Source of the DNA: a virus
Lineage: Duplodnaviria; Caudoviricetes
Virus record (IMG/VR): IMGVR_UViG_3300032212_000011
Span: 1 to 53,689 of that record
Length of the DNA stretch: 53,689 bases
Direction: 5' to 3' (one strand)
Shown here: piece by piece, positions 36,100-45,559 of the stretch
Position numbering within the stretch: the stretch's first letter is position 1
Layout: each line of letters starts with the position of its first letter
Translations under genes and position numbers: made by a program
The notes under the pieces: model-generated
Told to the model about the DNA's origin: nothing
Seen by the model: only the letters and a program-made list of their open reading frames with translations
Databases searched by the model: none

Positions 36100-37245
36100 C
36101 TAGAACTTACGAAGTTGAATTGTGCCACGTCTATCCCAGCAACGTGCGCCAATTAGCATATCCCAAGACCAAACAAATTCTTTGGTATCTTGATCATAGC
36201 CTTCAACAAAACGAATGGACATACCATTGATTGTTGCGACAGCAGCAGATACTTTATCACCAGGATTGTCCAAAGGTGGAGCAGCCCAAGCATAAGTATT
36301 AGGATTAGTGATAACCCCATGGAATACATCATTAGCATTACCAGAAGATACAACTGTGATAGCTGCTCCATCTGGGATCAACTGATCAATTGGGTCTACC
36401 AATGGAATAGAAGTAGCAGTTGCAGTAGTTTGAGTAGCTACAACGAAAGGATGCGTTACGCCAGCAACTAAAATGTGATCACCTGCTTCAAATGTACCAG
36501 TAGTAGCATCAGTAATAAGATTCTGTGAACCAATTACATTTAAAGTTGAGCTAGCATTATCAGTTACACCGGCACCATCGCCATTAGAGTGAGTGTCTGA
36601 AGGCATATTAGCAGAAGAGAAGAAACTCATTCCCATTACATGACCCATTTCGCCATTTCTCAAAGATGCTTCACCATCAGCTCCACGAGTTTGAGATTGG
36701 TTAAACCAGTTAGCTCCAAGCAAATCAGCTTCAACATCATAATCAAGTAAAGCAATACGATTTTGCTTTGCTATTTTTTGATTGTTAGCAGATTTACGAC
36801 CAAGAGCAACATCAGCAGCAGTCTCAAAAAGAGCAGTAGAAGAGTACAAACCACGACCTTCTAACATCTTAGTAGCAAGATGAACATCAATCTTCTGAGA
36901 GAATGCAGCCATTGCTGGTTGAATCACTTCTCGTGTTAGATCAGATAAGTCGAGTTTTCGCTGTTGCGAAGTAATACCAGTTGATAAATCAAGATGATCT
37001 TCAATGGCAAACGATGTTTTGCTGTCACGAGTATCTTGCTTATTAATGGTTCCTGAGAATGAATCAACTTCATATTCAGTAGGGGTTTTCACGTCAATGG
37101 TGTCACCAACAGCCCAGCCATTGGATTTTTGAGTGAAGTCTTGAGTTCTGTCGCGATAAAGTAATGAGCCAATTACAAGCTCATGCTCTAGTACGCGCAT
37201 GGATTCTGCTGCAATTACAGCAGCTGTATTTAACACTGTAGCCAT
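36100..37245 (-). CDS. Major capsid protein (P22 coat-like, with an inserted domain)
   Basis: VGDTIDV..P, QPAM.A..QKID, WDMLIG; follows the scaffold; has its own promoter and terminator. Confidence 0.85.
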   Translation of the reverse strand: MATVLNTAAVIAAESMRVLEHELVIGSLLYRDRTQDFTQKSNGWAVGDTIDVKTPTEYEVDSFSGTINKQDTRDSKTSFAIEDHLDLSTGITSQQRKLDLSDLTREVIQPAMAAFSQKIDVHLATKMLEGRGLYSSTALFETAADVALGRKSANNQKIAKQNRIALLDYDVEADLLGANWFNQSQTRGADGEASLRNGEMGHVMGMSFFSSANMPSDTHSNGDGAGVTDNASSTLNVIGSQNLITDATTGTFEAGDHILVAGVTHPFVVATQTTATATSIPLVDPIDQLIPDGAAITVVSSGNANDVFHGVITNPNTYAWAAPPLDNPGDKVSAAVATINGMSIRFVEGYDQDTKEFVWSWDMLIGARCWDRRGTIQLRKF

Positions 37246-37393
37246 CGTATTTCTCCGAATTGTATTATTGAGTGAGGGTATTTATTTTGCCTTAATATGG
37301 ACACAATCCAAATTCGCAACTTTCTCACTCAAACCCACAAGGTATTGGCACAACCAATTCGTAGAATGAAAGCACTGGCTTAACTAGGGAGCT

Positions 37394-37422
37394 AGTATAT
37401 ATGAAAAAGGCTGGCGAGTAAA
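37394..37422 (-). promoter_or_regulatory. Sigma70-like promoter for the capsid gene
   Basis: TTTACT-17bp-TATACT on the minus strand. Confidence 0.65.
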
Positions 37423-37436
37423 TACCCAGCCAGCCT
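37404..37436 (-). terminator. Terminator after the scaffold gene, overlapping the capsid promoter
   Basis: AGGCTGGC...GCCAGCCT stem then a T-run on the minus strand. Confidence 0.65.
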
Positions 37437-37460
37437 ATTGGACAACATTTACTTAAATGA

Positions 37461-38270
37461 TTAACTTAGATTTTCAAGCTTGTCTCGCAAGATATTGTAA
37501 GTTGTCATATCACCAGCATTAGCTGCATCAGAAAGCTGCTGCTCAAGAGCTTCACGGTCACTTGGTCCAGAATCTCCATCGCCACCATGACCACCGCTGA
37601 TGCTATCTGGCCAGTAATATGGGTTTGTTGCCTTCAATTCATCCATGAATCTTTCTGGAGTCATCAAATCGCCACTCTTGGTTTTTATGTTATGTCCATT
37701 TTCATCCAGAGCTACAATTTCACCATTATCATCAACAGAAAAGATATCACGAGCATCCCGTGAGATGTTTTTCAAGGCTTCTGGGCGCGCTTTTGTCTTT
37801 GCTGCCAAATCCTTCATAGCATCATCAATGAATTTGTTTTGATACAAAGACTTGTATTTGCTGCTAGATTCCTTGTATCCATCTTTCTTATCAGTTAGCT
37901 CTTTAAGAATTGTATTGTGCTCAGTTGTAACTTTGTCCAATCTCTGAGCAATTACATCCTCAAATTTCCCATCTTTGATTAGTTGAGCCTCTTCATTGTT
38001 TTTGAATACACTCATCATGTTGTTCACTTCATCAACATTCAGACCCTCCCATTGCTTCGCATTACTCTTCAAATTCTTCACTTCATTCAACAGTTCGCCA
38101 TTCTTGGCCTTAAAACCAGCGCTAGCATTATCAACAGCTAATTGTACTGCTGCATCAATGTCAGCTTGACTGAATGAATTTCCAGAATCCTCGTCGCCTT
38201 CCCCATCACGATTGAAATTATGACTGCCAAGAGCAGCTAAGATGGCTAGTCTTATATTGTTGTTTTTCAT
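37461..38270 (-). CDS. Capsid scaffolding protein
   Basis: Coiled coil, K.KN.ELL.E.K, PYYW...GG; between the MuF-like and capsid genes. Confidence 0.75.
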   Translation of the reverse strand: MKNNNIRLAILAALGSHNFNRDGEGDEDSGNSFSQADIDAAVQLAVDNASAGFKAKNGELLNEVKNLKSNAKQWEGLNVDEVNNMMSVFKNNEEAQLIKDGKFEDVIAQRLDKVTTEHNTILKELTDKKDGYKESSSKYKSLYQNKFIDDAMKDLAAKTKARPEALKNISRDARDIFSVDDNGEIVALDENGHNIKTKSGDLMTPERFMDELKATNPYYWPDSISGGHGGDGDSGPSDREALEQQLSDAANAGDMTTYNILRDKLENLS

Positions 38271-39403
38271 ATATCATCTCCAATATCTATTAAATTTTGA
38301 GCAGAAAGCTCTTCCAGTGTTATCGGTGCACCAAACCTGTCAGATAAATCATCAAGACTTATTTGACCGCTTCTGAACAATTTCCCCTTTTTAATTCCAA
38401 GGATATCATTCTGAAAATCTGCTGGCTGTCTTCTCAACCAGTCTTCATAATTAGTTGTGCCTCTTACTTGCTGCACATTGTAAATGCCTTTTTCTCTGCG
38501 ACTCTTGGTTGCTTTGGTAATCTTTCCTCCAGAAGTTTTGTTGTCTCCTGATTGGTAATTCCTGCCTGCTGAAATTGCTGGCCTGCCACCAAAATTTGCC
38601 TCTGGAATATCAGGTATCTCAGTTGACCTACAATTCCAATGCGCTTTTCCTGGCCCACCCATCCAAACATAATCATGGTCTATTGGCTCACCAGACAGCG
38701 TGTATAATTTTCCATCCCTAGGTCCGCAAATGGTTGTAGTGGTTCTATTGTCCAAAGTAGCAAACCACCTAACGCCATCTATTATATCTGAATTCTCTTC
38801 ATAAATCGTGTGTCTTACTGTTGCAGCATTGCTTTGAATAGCAGTTCTTATTATAGTCTTCAAATCATTCTTAGATGAACTTAAAACGCCAGAAATGTTT
38901 TTTGATATATCAGATATTGGCTGTCCACTTTGTATTCCAACTCTGACTGCTGCCATCAATTTCTCTGCTTTCCTAGCAGACAAGCCATCAATTAAATTGA
39001 AGATTGGCTCACCCTGTATTGGAGATGCTACAGATATAGCAGATATTTGCTGAGATGTAATTGTCGCAGTTGGACTCAAGGAATTTGCCGTGAGTCTATT
39101 TAATGAGCCCAACTGGAAATCATACTCAGATTCCACAAAGGTAGCCAAATCCCTTGCTATGGTTTCCTTAAAATTTGTACCATATCCTTCTGAGTATACA
39201 GTGATAACATCTGTTATGGCTAGCTGTAGGGCTTCCTGACTTAGATGCCCAGACCCATAGCTAACTAAAACTTCATCAATTATGGACAACGCTTGCGCAT
39301 CTAATCCATTAACAATTTTCTGAAACTTTAGTTGCTTCCCTGATGTGTATCTTTCAACAGATACAGCATGCTTTATAAAATGATCGAATATTGTTATATT
39401 CAT
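38267..39403 (-). CDS. Head morphogenesis protein (SPP1 gp7 / MuF-like)
   Basis: RTA, ATLDNRTT..C..RDG, HWNCRST, Y.DWL..Q. Confidence 0.9.
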   Translation of the reverse strand: MNITIFDHFIKHAVSVERYTSGKQLKFQKIVNGLDAQALSIIDEVLVSYGSGHLSQEALQLAITDVITVYSEGYGTNFKETIARDLATFVESEYDFQLGSLNRLTANSLSPTATITSQQISAISVASPIQGEPIFNLIDGLSARKAEKLMAAVRVGIQSGQPISDISKNISGVLSSSKNDLKTIIRTAIQSNAATVRHTIYEENSDIIDGVRWFATLDNRTTTTICGPRDGKLYTLSGEPIDHDYVWMGGPGKAHWNCRSTEIPDIPEANFGGRPAISAGRNYQSGDNKTSGGKITKATKSRREKGIYNVQQVRGTTNYEDWLRRQPADFQNDILGIKKGKLFRSGQISLDDLSDRFGAPITLEELSAQNLIDIGDDI

Positions 39404-40920
39404 TATTCATCTTCTTTTGTTGGCTCTTCTTTTGTAGGAGCAGGCATCATGGACAATTTTGGAGGCTGAGAAGCAAGCTCATTCTTTTCCTCTTCAACAG
39501 TTCCCTTTAGCAATCCTGCTCTATGTAAATTCCATAAGTAAGTATTATCTGATATTCCATTTGCCATCCATTGTTGCACTAGGGCAGTCTGCTCTTGAGC
39601 AGTAAGGGCAATATTGCTGAACTCCTTATTGCCTTCATACTTTATTTCTGCCTCACTCTTCTTGCCTGTTTTCCATTCGCTGATTATTTTCAACATTTGC
39701 GTAATAGCTTTGCCAGCAGTATCAACTACAGATAGCAGCGTTGCTCCATTCTGATATTGTCTTATCCTAAGAGTTTCAGCAGCCTCAGCTTTATTGCTTC
39801 CTCCACCCAATAAGTTTGCACCATATGATATTGCTTCTTTTTCTAATTTGTCCATATGAGCCATAACATGACTCAAAGCACTAGTATCAGTAGCAGGATA
39901 AAAAGCTTTGGCTGCATCATTTTCCATTACTAGCATTACAGTTGAGCCAACAGTCTTTGGGGCTTCACCATCTGCCACGCCAGTGAGAGTAAGCATTGGA
40001 TTACAAGACATATATTCTGACATCGATAAGTCAGCAGATTTTTGATACATTTGAATGGAAGTATTAGCAATTCCCTGCATAGGAACAACATCAACATCAG
40101 TTTTTATTTCAGTAGAGCCGCAAACTACAGCAGGGATATATGATAAAGTGTTTCCCTTATAGGAAGGGGCTACAGTCTGTTCTATGATCCCATCTTCATC
40201 ATCATATACAGTTACATTGTAAACACTTCCTGATTCATCGTCAACTTCACCAATTCTTGATACGCAATAGTTGACTCCATTGCTGTGAGAGAATTCATCA
40301 TCTTCTTCAGCTGCTTTCTCATATACAGAAAGAGTCAATCCATCCTTATCTTCCTTCCAGTTAATTAGGGATTTTGCTTTTATGGGAACCATCTTAATCT
40401 CCCCATCCTTATCATCAATATCAGCAAACAGAGTAATCCTGCCCTGTAATAACAACTCATGGACAACATTATTGTATAGCTCTTGCAATGTCTTACCATC
40501 CTTGGTAGCATCTTTCTCAAGGTATTGTAATTCTGATGGCAACTCCAACTCAGGGCTGCCTCTTTTGGCCAGTCCAGTGAGACCTCGCATTGAGCTTGCC
40601 GTGTTGTCTGGAAAATGCGCTCTTTTCTTGTATGCCATGTAAGCAGGGTTCGTGTGATATGATGGGTCACTTAGCAAGAACTCTGAGTGGTGAGAAGTTT
40701 TCCCTGATACAGCATTCAGAACATTATTATCTGCGCCTATCCCTCCAGTGGTAGGAGATGTATCAATTACAGACATTCCAGCAGGCATGGGCAAGTACAT
40801 CGTGTTGCCTTGCTTAATGGCGCTTTCGCCTTCATTGGCATCTCTAATAGATTTCCACAGCCATTGCTTTGCTATATACTGTGGGTGCTTAGTAGTGACT
40901 TTGTACGTTTTAGTTGTCAT
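39403..40920 (-). CDS. Portal protein (DUF4055-like)
   Basis: HPQY...W..IRD...GE..IK....YLP, Y..YK.RA, INW; directly after TerL. Confidence 0.85.
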   Translation of the reverse strand: MTTKTYKVTTKHPQYIAKQWLWKSIRDANEGESAIKQGNTMYLPMPAGMSVIDTSPTTGGIGADNNVLNAVSGKTSHHSEFLLSDPSYHTNPAYMAYKKRAHFPDNTASSMRGLTGLAKRGSPELELPSELQYLEKDATKDGKTLQELYNNVVHELLLQGRITLFADIDDKDGEIKMVPIKAKSLINWKEDKDGLTLSVYEKAAEEDDEFSHSNGVNYCVSRIGEVDDESGSVYNVTVYDDEDGIIEQTVAPSYKGNTLSYIPAVVCGSTEIKTDVDVVPMQGIANTSIQMYQKSADLSMSEYMSCNPMLTLTGVADGEAPKTVGSTVMLVMENDAAKAFYPATDTSALSHVMAHMDKLEKEAISYGANLLGGGSNKAEAAETLRIRQYQNGATLLSVVDTAGKAITQMLKIISEWKTGKKSEAEIKYEGNKEFSNIALTAQEQTALVQQWMANGISDNTYLWNLHRAGLLKGTVEEEKNELASQPPKLSMMPAPTKEEPTKEDE

Positions 40921-40922
40921 GA

Positions 40923-42173
40923 TTAGTATCCATAATTATTTGTTCGATGTTGTATCTTGCCCACTCCAGAATAAAGACCCCAAATATTGTATCCTACTGC
41001 GTCAGCAATGTGGTCTAGTCCAGATGATTTATCAGGTTGCCCTGAGTCAGTATAAATTTGCTGTTCTAGTGCTTCTGTTAGTCTTGGGCACTTATTTGTG
41101 TCAACATACATCGTGATTTGCCCTTCACTATTTTTTATTTTCCCATTTACCAATGATACACGGTTTTTGATCAATGGGTTCTTTCTTGGAACTTTTACTT
41201 GGAATCCAGCATCTTTAAGCTGCTTAATATCTGATGATGTTGTATTGGATGATGACATATTATCACCACTCGCATCAGGCCTAGCAACTTTCTTGTGATT
41301 GGGATATCTTTCATTGATTATTTTCGTTTGTTCAATCGTATCATATGCATCATACGTCTCATCAAAAAAGTAAACAGAGCCATCCCTAACAACAGACATA
41401 GCAGAAGCACCCTTATAAACATTAAAATCAAATCCAGTATGAATGATTTCATTTTTGCCAAGCTCAAGCGAGAAGTGATTATCATTTCTATCAAATCCTG
41501 GGTACACAGACCCTACTTGTAAGTTTGTAAACTCTCCCATCAAATAAGCAGCAATTAGCTGCTCAGGGTACATGGCTCTCAGATCAGATATGTAATCATC
41601 AGGCAAGTTTTTCTCATTGCTATAAGTGCTCATTTGAATCAGCTGTGAACCCTCTAGTGGCTCACGCTTAAATAGTTGATACGTTGCTTTGTATCCTTCT
41701 GGTGTAGTTGTTACATGAACTTGATTTATTTTCCCATCAGGAAACTTTTGTCTACACCGTGCTTTTATCTTTCTCATAACATGGAGCGCCTTATCCAACT
41801 TCAGGACATCAAATTCATCAAGGAAAGCATCGCCGCATTCCCAACCAACTATGTTCTCTGGCTTCTCCATTGTTCTACAATAAATTTTTCCATACCCTTG
41901 GATGTAAACTATATGCTTAGATTGGTTTATTTTGTATACAGCACCCATCGACTCAAGCACATCTGATATAGCAGGATAAAATATGTCACGTATTAGTGGA
42001 TAAGTTGGAGCTAAGTATGCCAAGTCAATTCTTGGATATTGCAACTTAGTTGATAAGATCTTTGTTACTGCCACATGAGTTTTTCCAGAACCAAAACCAG
42101 CAACAGCAGCCACATAGGGCTGCTTGCTAATAAAGAATTCTGACTGCGGTCCAGATAAGGCTACATCATGCAC
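40923..42173 (-). CDS. terL: Terminase large subunit
   Basis: AGFGSGKT, FLDEFD, TTTPEG, GFDFN, PDASG, DHIADAVGY. Confidence 0.95.
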   Translation of the reverse strand: MHDVALSGPQSEFFISKQPYVAAVAGFGSGKTHVAVTKILSTKLQYPRIDLAYLAPTYPLIRDIFYPAISDVLESMGAVYKINQSKHIVYIQGYGKIYCRTMEKPENIVGWECGDAFLDEFDVLKLDKALHVMRKIKARCRQKFPDGKINQVHVTTTPEGYKATYQLFKREPLEGSQLIQMSTYSNEKNLPDDYISDLRAMYPEQLIAAYLMGEFTNLQVGSVYPGFDRNDNHFSLELGKNEIIHTGFDFNVYKGASAMSVVRDGSVYFFDETYDAYDTIEQTKIINERYPNHKKVARPDASGDNMSSSNTTSSDIKQLKDAGFQVKVPRKNPLIKNRVSLVNGKIKNSEGQITMYVDTNKCPRLTEALEQQIYTDSGQPDKSSGLDHIADAVGYNIWGLYSGVGKIQHRTNNYGY

Positions 42174-42514
42174 TAAAAATCATCTCTCATGTATTCCAAT
42201 GTATCTTGTCTCAAGAATTTAAAATGAGGAGCAAACATCTGCTCATTATGCATGACATCCCATTTCAAGAATAACTTACCATGCCAAGCTGTTCTATCAT
42301 ATCTGATATTAAGCTTGTCCATAACCCAGCCTCTGATCTTTCCTGCGTCAGAATGAAGCAAAGGCATAAAATCAAATAACTCTGGTCTAGTCCAACCAAA
42401 CCACATTAGAATCACCTTGTTGATACGATTTGATTCATCAGCAGGCTTTCTTTGAGGTCGAGCTATAGGATATAGGAAAATAGCTATGAATACTAGTATA
42501 ATTTCAGATATCAT
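42173..42514 (-). CDS. Hypothetical protein with N-terminal TM helix
   Basis: Hydrophobic N-terminus; coupled to terL. Confidence 0.6.
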   Translation of the reverse strand: MISEIILVFIAIFLYPIARPQRKPADESNRINKVILMWFGWTRPELFDFMPLLHSDAGKIRGWVMDKLNIRYDRTAWHGKLFLKWDVMHNEQMFAPHFKFLRQDTLEYMRDDF

Positions 42515-42927
42515 GATAATGCCCTTAAAGTTAAGTGGTCTGGGTCATACTTATTTAGCAATACTCTCATCATATCAGACAATTTGTATAAAACTGAGTC
42601 AACAGGGTCATAATCCAATATTGCCTGCATCCTTTTAGTGAGAGTTAGCACATATAGCTTTTCTATATCAGTAACCTTATCAAATGGAGGAATGCATGAA
42701 AGGCTTGATTTGCTGCTGAATATGAAGTGTATAATGGTACCATAGAATACATTCCAAATAACATCTGCTAAGAATCCAAACAGAAGTGCTATTTTCCTAG
42801 GAATGAATTCATACCAAGCACCTTTCTCCATTGCTTCCTTTTTTGGCATAACCCAAATAAAAGCTGCCAGAGTAACTATAAATGGAACAATCATCCAGAA
42901 TAAAAACCAATAAATAAAACTAAGCAT
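42511..42927 (-). CDS. Hypothetical membrane protein
   Basis: Two hydrophobic segments; ATGA overlap. Confidence 0.6.
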   Translation of the reverse strand: MLSFIYWFLFWMIVPFIVTLAAFIWVMPKKEAMEKGAWYEFIPRKIALLFGFLADVIWNVFYGTIIHFIFSSKSSLSCIPPFDKVTDIEKLYVLTLTKRMQAILDYDPVDSVLYKLSDMMRVLLNKYDPDHLTLRALS

Positions 42928-43045
42928 CTGCCTTCTCCATTGTTTTGACTTTCTTGCCTTGTCGTTGTAAGATAGCCAGTTTCACTGCTCTGGCGCATTT
43001 GTTTAACTGCAGAAATTTTCTCATTTTTGTATCCCTTATAGCCAT
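42920..43045 (-). CDS. 41-aa basic hypothetical protein (not in the ORF track)
   Basis: MAIRDTKMRKFLQLNKCARAVKLAILQRQGKKVKTMEKADA; TAATG coupling; fills the gap. Confidence 0.5.
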   Translation of the reverse strand: MAIRDTKMRKFLQLNKCARAVKLAILQRQGKKVKTMEKADA

Positions 43046-43419
43046 TAGAAATGCTTCCTGTTATTTATGTATGCTATAAACACACGTTCGTTGATATGAA
43101 CAAAACCATTTGGAACACCAATACAATCAGCGCTGATTAAGAATGTCCAAGGCTTGCGATTGAATCTATGAGCAACGATTGGTTCAAGCTCAAGTTTTCT
43201 TGCTGCTATTACAGATTGGCACCAGAACGATTCCCAATCAGGCTTTTCAACACGTTTGACTTCAAATGCGAATGGGGGAAGTATGATATCAGTTCCACCG
43301 CTTCTGACTTGCTCAAGATTCCGTGTTGGTAATTCCTCCAGATTGAAAGTTCTGAGTAGCCATTTACAGAATTCTCTTTCACCGCTTGCTCCTTTGCTTC
43401 TTACATTAATTCTGGACAT
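43045..43419 (-). CDS. Holliday junction resolvase (Hjc-like PD-(D/E)XK)
   Basis: RSKGASGERE, GTDI, FEVKR, W.Q. Confidence 0.8.
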   Translation of the reverse strand: MSRINVRSKGASGEREFCKWLLRTFNLEELPTRNLEQVRSGGTDIILPPFAFEVKRVEKPDWESFWCQSVIAARKLELEPIVAHRFNRKPWTFLISADCIGVPNGFVHINERVFIAYINNRKHF

Positions 43420-43422
43420 TGG

Positions 43423-43668
43423 CTATTCCCTCAAACTTGAATCAATGTAATCAATTATGCTGTTGATATCTGTAAAATCTTCAACGTCATCATCACGAAT
43501 CTCACAATCTGTTGAGGACTCAATATCCATTACAATTTCAATTATATCAAGCGAATCAAAATCAGACATATCATCATGGATACCACGATGCTCTTTTTCA
43601 CCCATACTATTTCTGATAGCATCCAGCACTCTTTTTTCTATTTCATGTCTATCCATAATATGCTCCAA
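43423..43668 (-). CDS. Acyl carrier protein-like
   Basis: About 80 aa, acidic; DSLDIIEIVMDIE...EI.DDD.E phosphopantetheine-site pattern. Confidence 0.8.
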   Translation of the reverse strand: MEHIMDRHEIEKRVLDAIRNSMGEKEHRGIHDDMSDFDSLDIIEIVMDIESSTDCEIRDDDVEDFTDINSIIDYIDSSLRE

Positions 43669-43968
43669 TTATCTGCGTCTACGATTTTTGTCCAATCTAA
43701 CTCTAATGACTTCAGCCTCTGCTTTTCTAGTTGCTCTGGGATAAAATGAACGCCTTACAATTTTTGCCTTTTCAATATTTGGATCAGGCTCACCTTCAGG
43801 GCCACCAAGATAAATGCTCTTGACTCCATCTCCATCACTATATCCAGTAGGAGTGGGCTCACCTGCTATAACAGTGGTATAGCCATCTCTCAAATCTGAT
43901 CCATATTGGCAATTGTATCCCATTCTATATTCCATTGCCAATTTTAACTTTGTCTTCATAGAGAGCAC
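43669..43968 (-). CDS. Hypothetical protein
   Basis: Coupled ORF in the operon. Confidence 0.55.
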   Translation of the reverse strand: MLSMKTKLKLAMEYRMGYNCQYGSDLRDGYTTVIAGEPTPTGYSDGDGVKSIYLGGPEGEPDPNIEKAKIVRRSFYPRATRKAEAEVIRVRLDKNRRRR

Positions 43969-44417
43969 TCAGTTTGTTGAGCATCAGTCAAATCTCCAAC
44001 AGACACAATATAGTCATTAACTACAGTCCACTCAGAGATTTGCTTAACATCTCTCATATCACTAATAGGCAACACGTAGCATATAGTAAACATATTGAAA
44101 TAGATATCAGCCCCAGATACTTTAAATTTTACATGGTTAAATAAGGTATCTTCAAAGAATTCTTTATTGTCCACATATAGCAATACATCATTCCGTGATA
44201 CATATCCTGTAACGTCTGCTACCTCAATTAATATGAAACCATCTGCTTCATCAGCCAATTGCTTTAGCTTTGCTTCTGAACTCACTGAATAAGCAGCATG
44301 GCTAGTGAGGTCTGGAGAAGTATAGATTTTAACAACGTCTACGTTACCATACCACCAACTCTCAGCAGATATGCCCATGCTCATTATGAGCAACAAAATA
44401 GATATGATCAATTTCAT
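43956..44417 (-). CDS. Hypothetical exported protein
   Basis: MKLIISILLLIMSMGISA signal-peptide-like N-terminus. Confidence 0.6.
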   Translation of the reverse strand: MKLIISILLLIMSMGISAESWWYGNVDVVKIYTSPDLTSHAAYSVSSEAKLKQLADEADGFILIEVADVTGYVSRNDVLLYVDNKEFFEDTLFNHVKFKVSGADIYFNMFTICYVLPISDMRDVKQISEWTVVNDYIVSVGDLTDAQQTECSL

Positions 44418-44578
44418 AATAATTCCTCTTCCTTTAGTATTTCTCTGATTTTAATCAGTGCTTTGTAATCATGCTCACTAACTTGATAGAAGCGCGCCTC
44501 CTCAACATGAGATACTGCATCAAATAAGTTCTCCAATTCTCCATCGGCAGCATTTCTAATCATAAGAAGTATTTCCAT
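44414..44578 (-). CDS. 54-aa hypothetical protein (not in the ORF track)
   Basis: MEILLMIRNAADGELENLF...EEELL; ATGA overlap with the next gene; fills the gap. Confidence 0.5.
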   Translation of the reverse strand: MEILLMIRNAADGELENLFDAVSHVEEARFYQVSEHDYKALIKIREILKEEELL

Positions 44579-44582
44579 TGGA

Positions 44583-45062
44583 TTATTTTTCATCTTCTTC
44601 TCCAGTTTCTACAGGTAGTCCATTTAATGTTATGTTAAGTCCCATTGAAGGGGAATCATCCTTTTTGTCCATTCCTTCAGTGAATGCCATTCCAGTCATA
44701 TCCATAATTTGTTTCGCAATAGGACTTGCTGATTTTGCTTCAACGTCAATGTTGTCCAACAAGTTTTCAACAACTTGACCTTTTACCCATACTCTTGTGT
44801 GTTTATATATCTTCTCTAGGTAGGATAATTGTAACTCGTTTAGGTTGTCAAAGTCTATATAGGCGACCATTGCTTCATCTAGTTCAGCAATGAGGGCAAA
44901 CTGCTGGAATTCCGTGAGCGCAATATGACACTCAACTGCCCAAACATAATCCTTGTTATTCTCTGCCATCCTCTTGGGGTTGTGAGCAGAGTACATATCA
45001 CATTTCCTAGCCATAGATACAGCAAATTTGGTTGGGAACAATGATGCTGGTAATTTTGCCAT
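44583..45062 (-). CDS. Hypothetical protein, candidate terminase small subunit
   Basis: First gene of the late arm, 159 aa, helical, with C-terminal LNITLNG strand; no diagnostic motif. Confidence 0.35.
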   Translation of the reverse strand: MAKLPASLFPTKFAVSMARKCDMYSAHNPKRMAENNKDYVWAVECHIALTEFQQFALIAELDEAMVAYIDFDNLNELQLSYLEKIYKHTRVWVKGQVVENLLDNIDVEAKSASPIAKQIMDMTGMAFTEGMDKKDDSPSMGLNITLNGLPVETGEEDEK

Positions 45063-45064
45063 TT

Positions 45065-45559
45065 TTATTGACCTGCCTTAGTTTGTATAAAAAGTGCTAT
45101 TTTTGGGTACATAACCTGCCTAGCGTTAGTGCCTACTAACTTGGCAGCCCAGTGGTACCATGGCGTTGAAATCTTATATTTTATAAAATTATACCTAAAA
45201 TTATAGGTGTTCAATAATCGCTGCAGGCCAAGCGATACGTGGGCTGAGGGTTCTTTTATTATTAAATTATATATATTCTTATAATAACTATATTTGATCT
45301 TTTTGGAAATTTCTGTGATTTTACAGCATTTCTCACAGATTATTACCAAAAACATGCATTTTAAGAACACATTTACGCACATTGTTTCATTTTTGTACAT
45401 TTTATTACCTTTCTCTATCTATAGGCCAAACCTATAATTTCATAGTTTATCTCGCTTCAGCCCAGTGATACCAACGCATAGAGCGATTATTTTTAGCTTA
45501 TAATTTTATATAATTTTATAAATCGGCTTCATATACTATAGTGATTCTAGCGCGATTCA
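45065..45559. other. AT-rich non-coding region with direct and inverted repeats (candidate origin or packaging site)
   Basis: CAGCCCAGTG(G/A)TACCA at 45145 and 45458; AAATTATAGG 45198 / CCTATAATTT 45431 inverted pair; (TATAATTTTA)x2 at 45499. Confidence 0.5.

Noticed and set aside
45065-45400. 111-aa minus-strand ORF from the track
   Set aside because: No RBS, unusual composition, and it overlaps the repeat-rich AT region; probably spurious.
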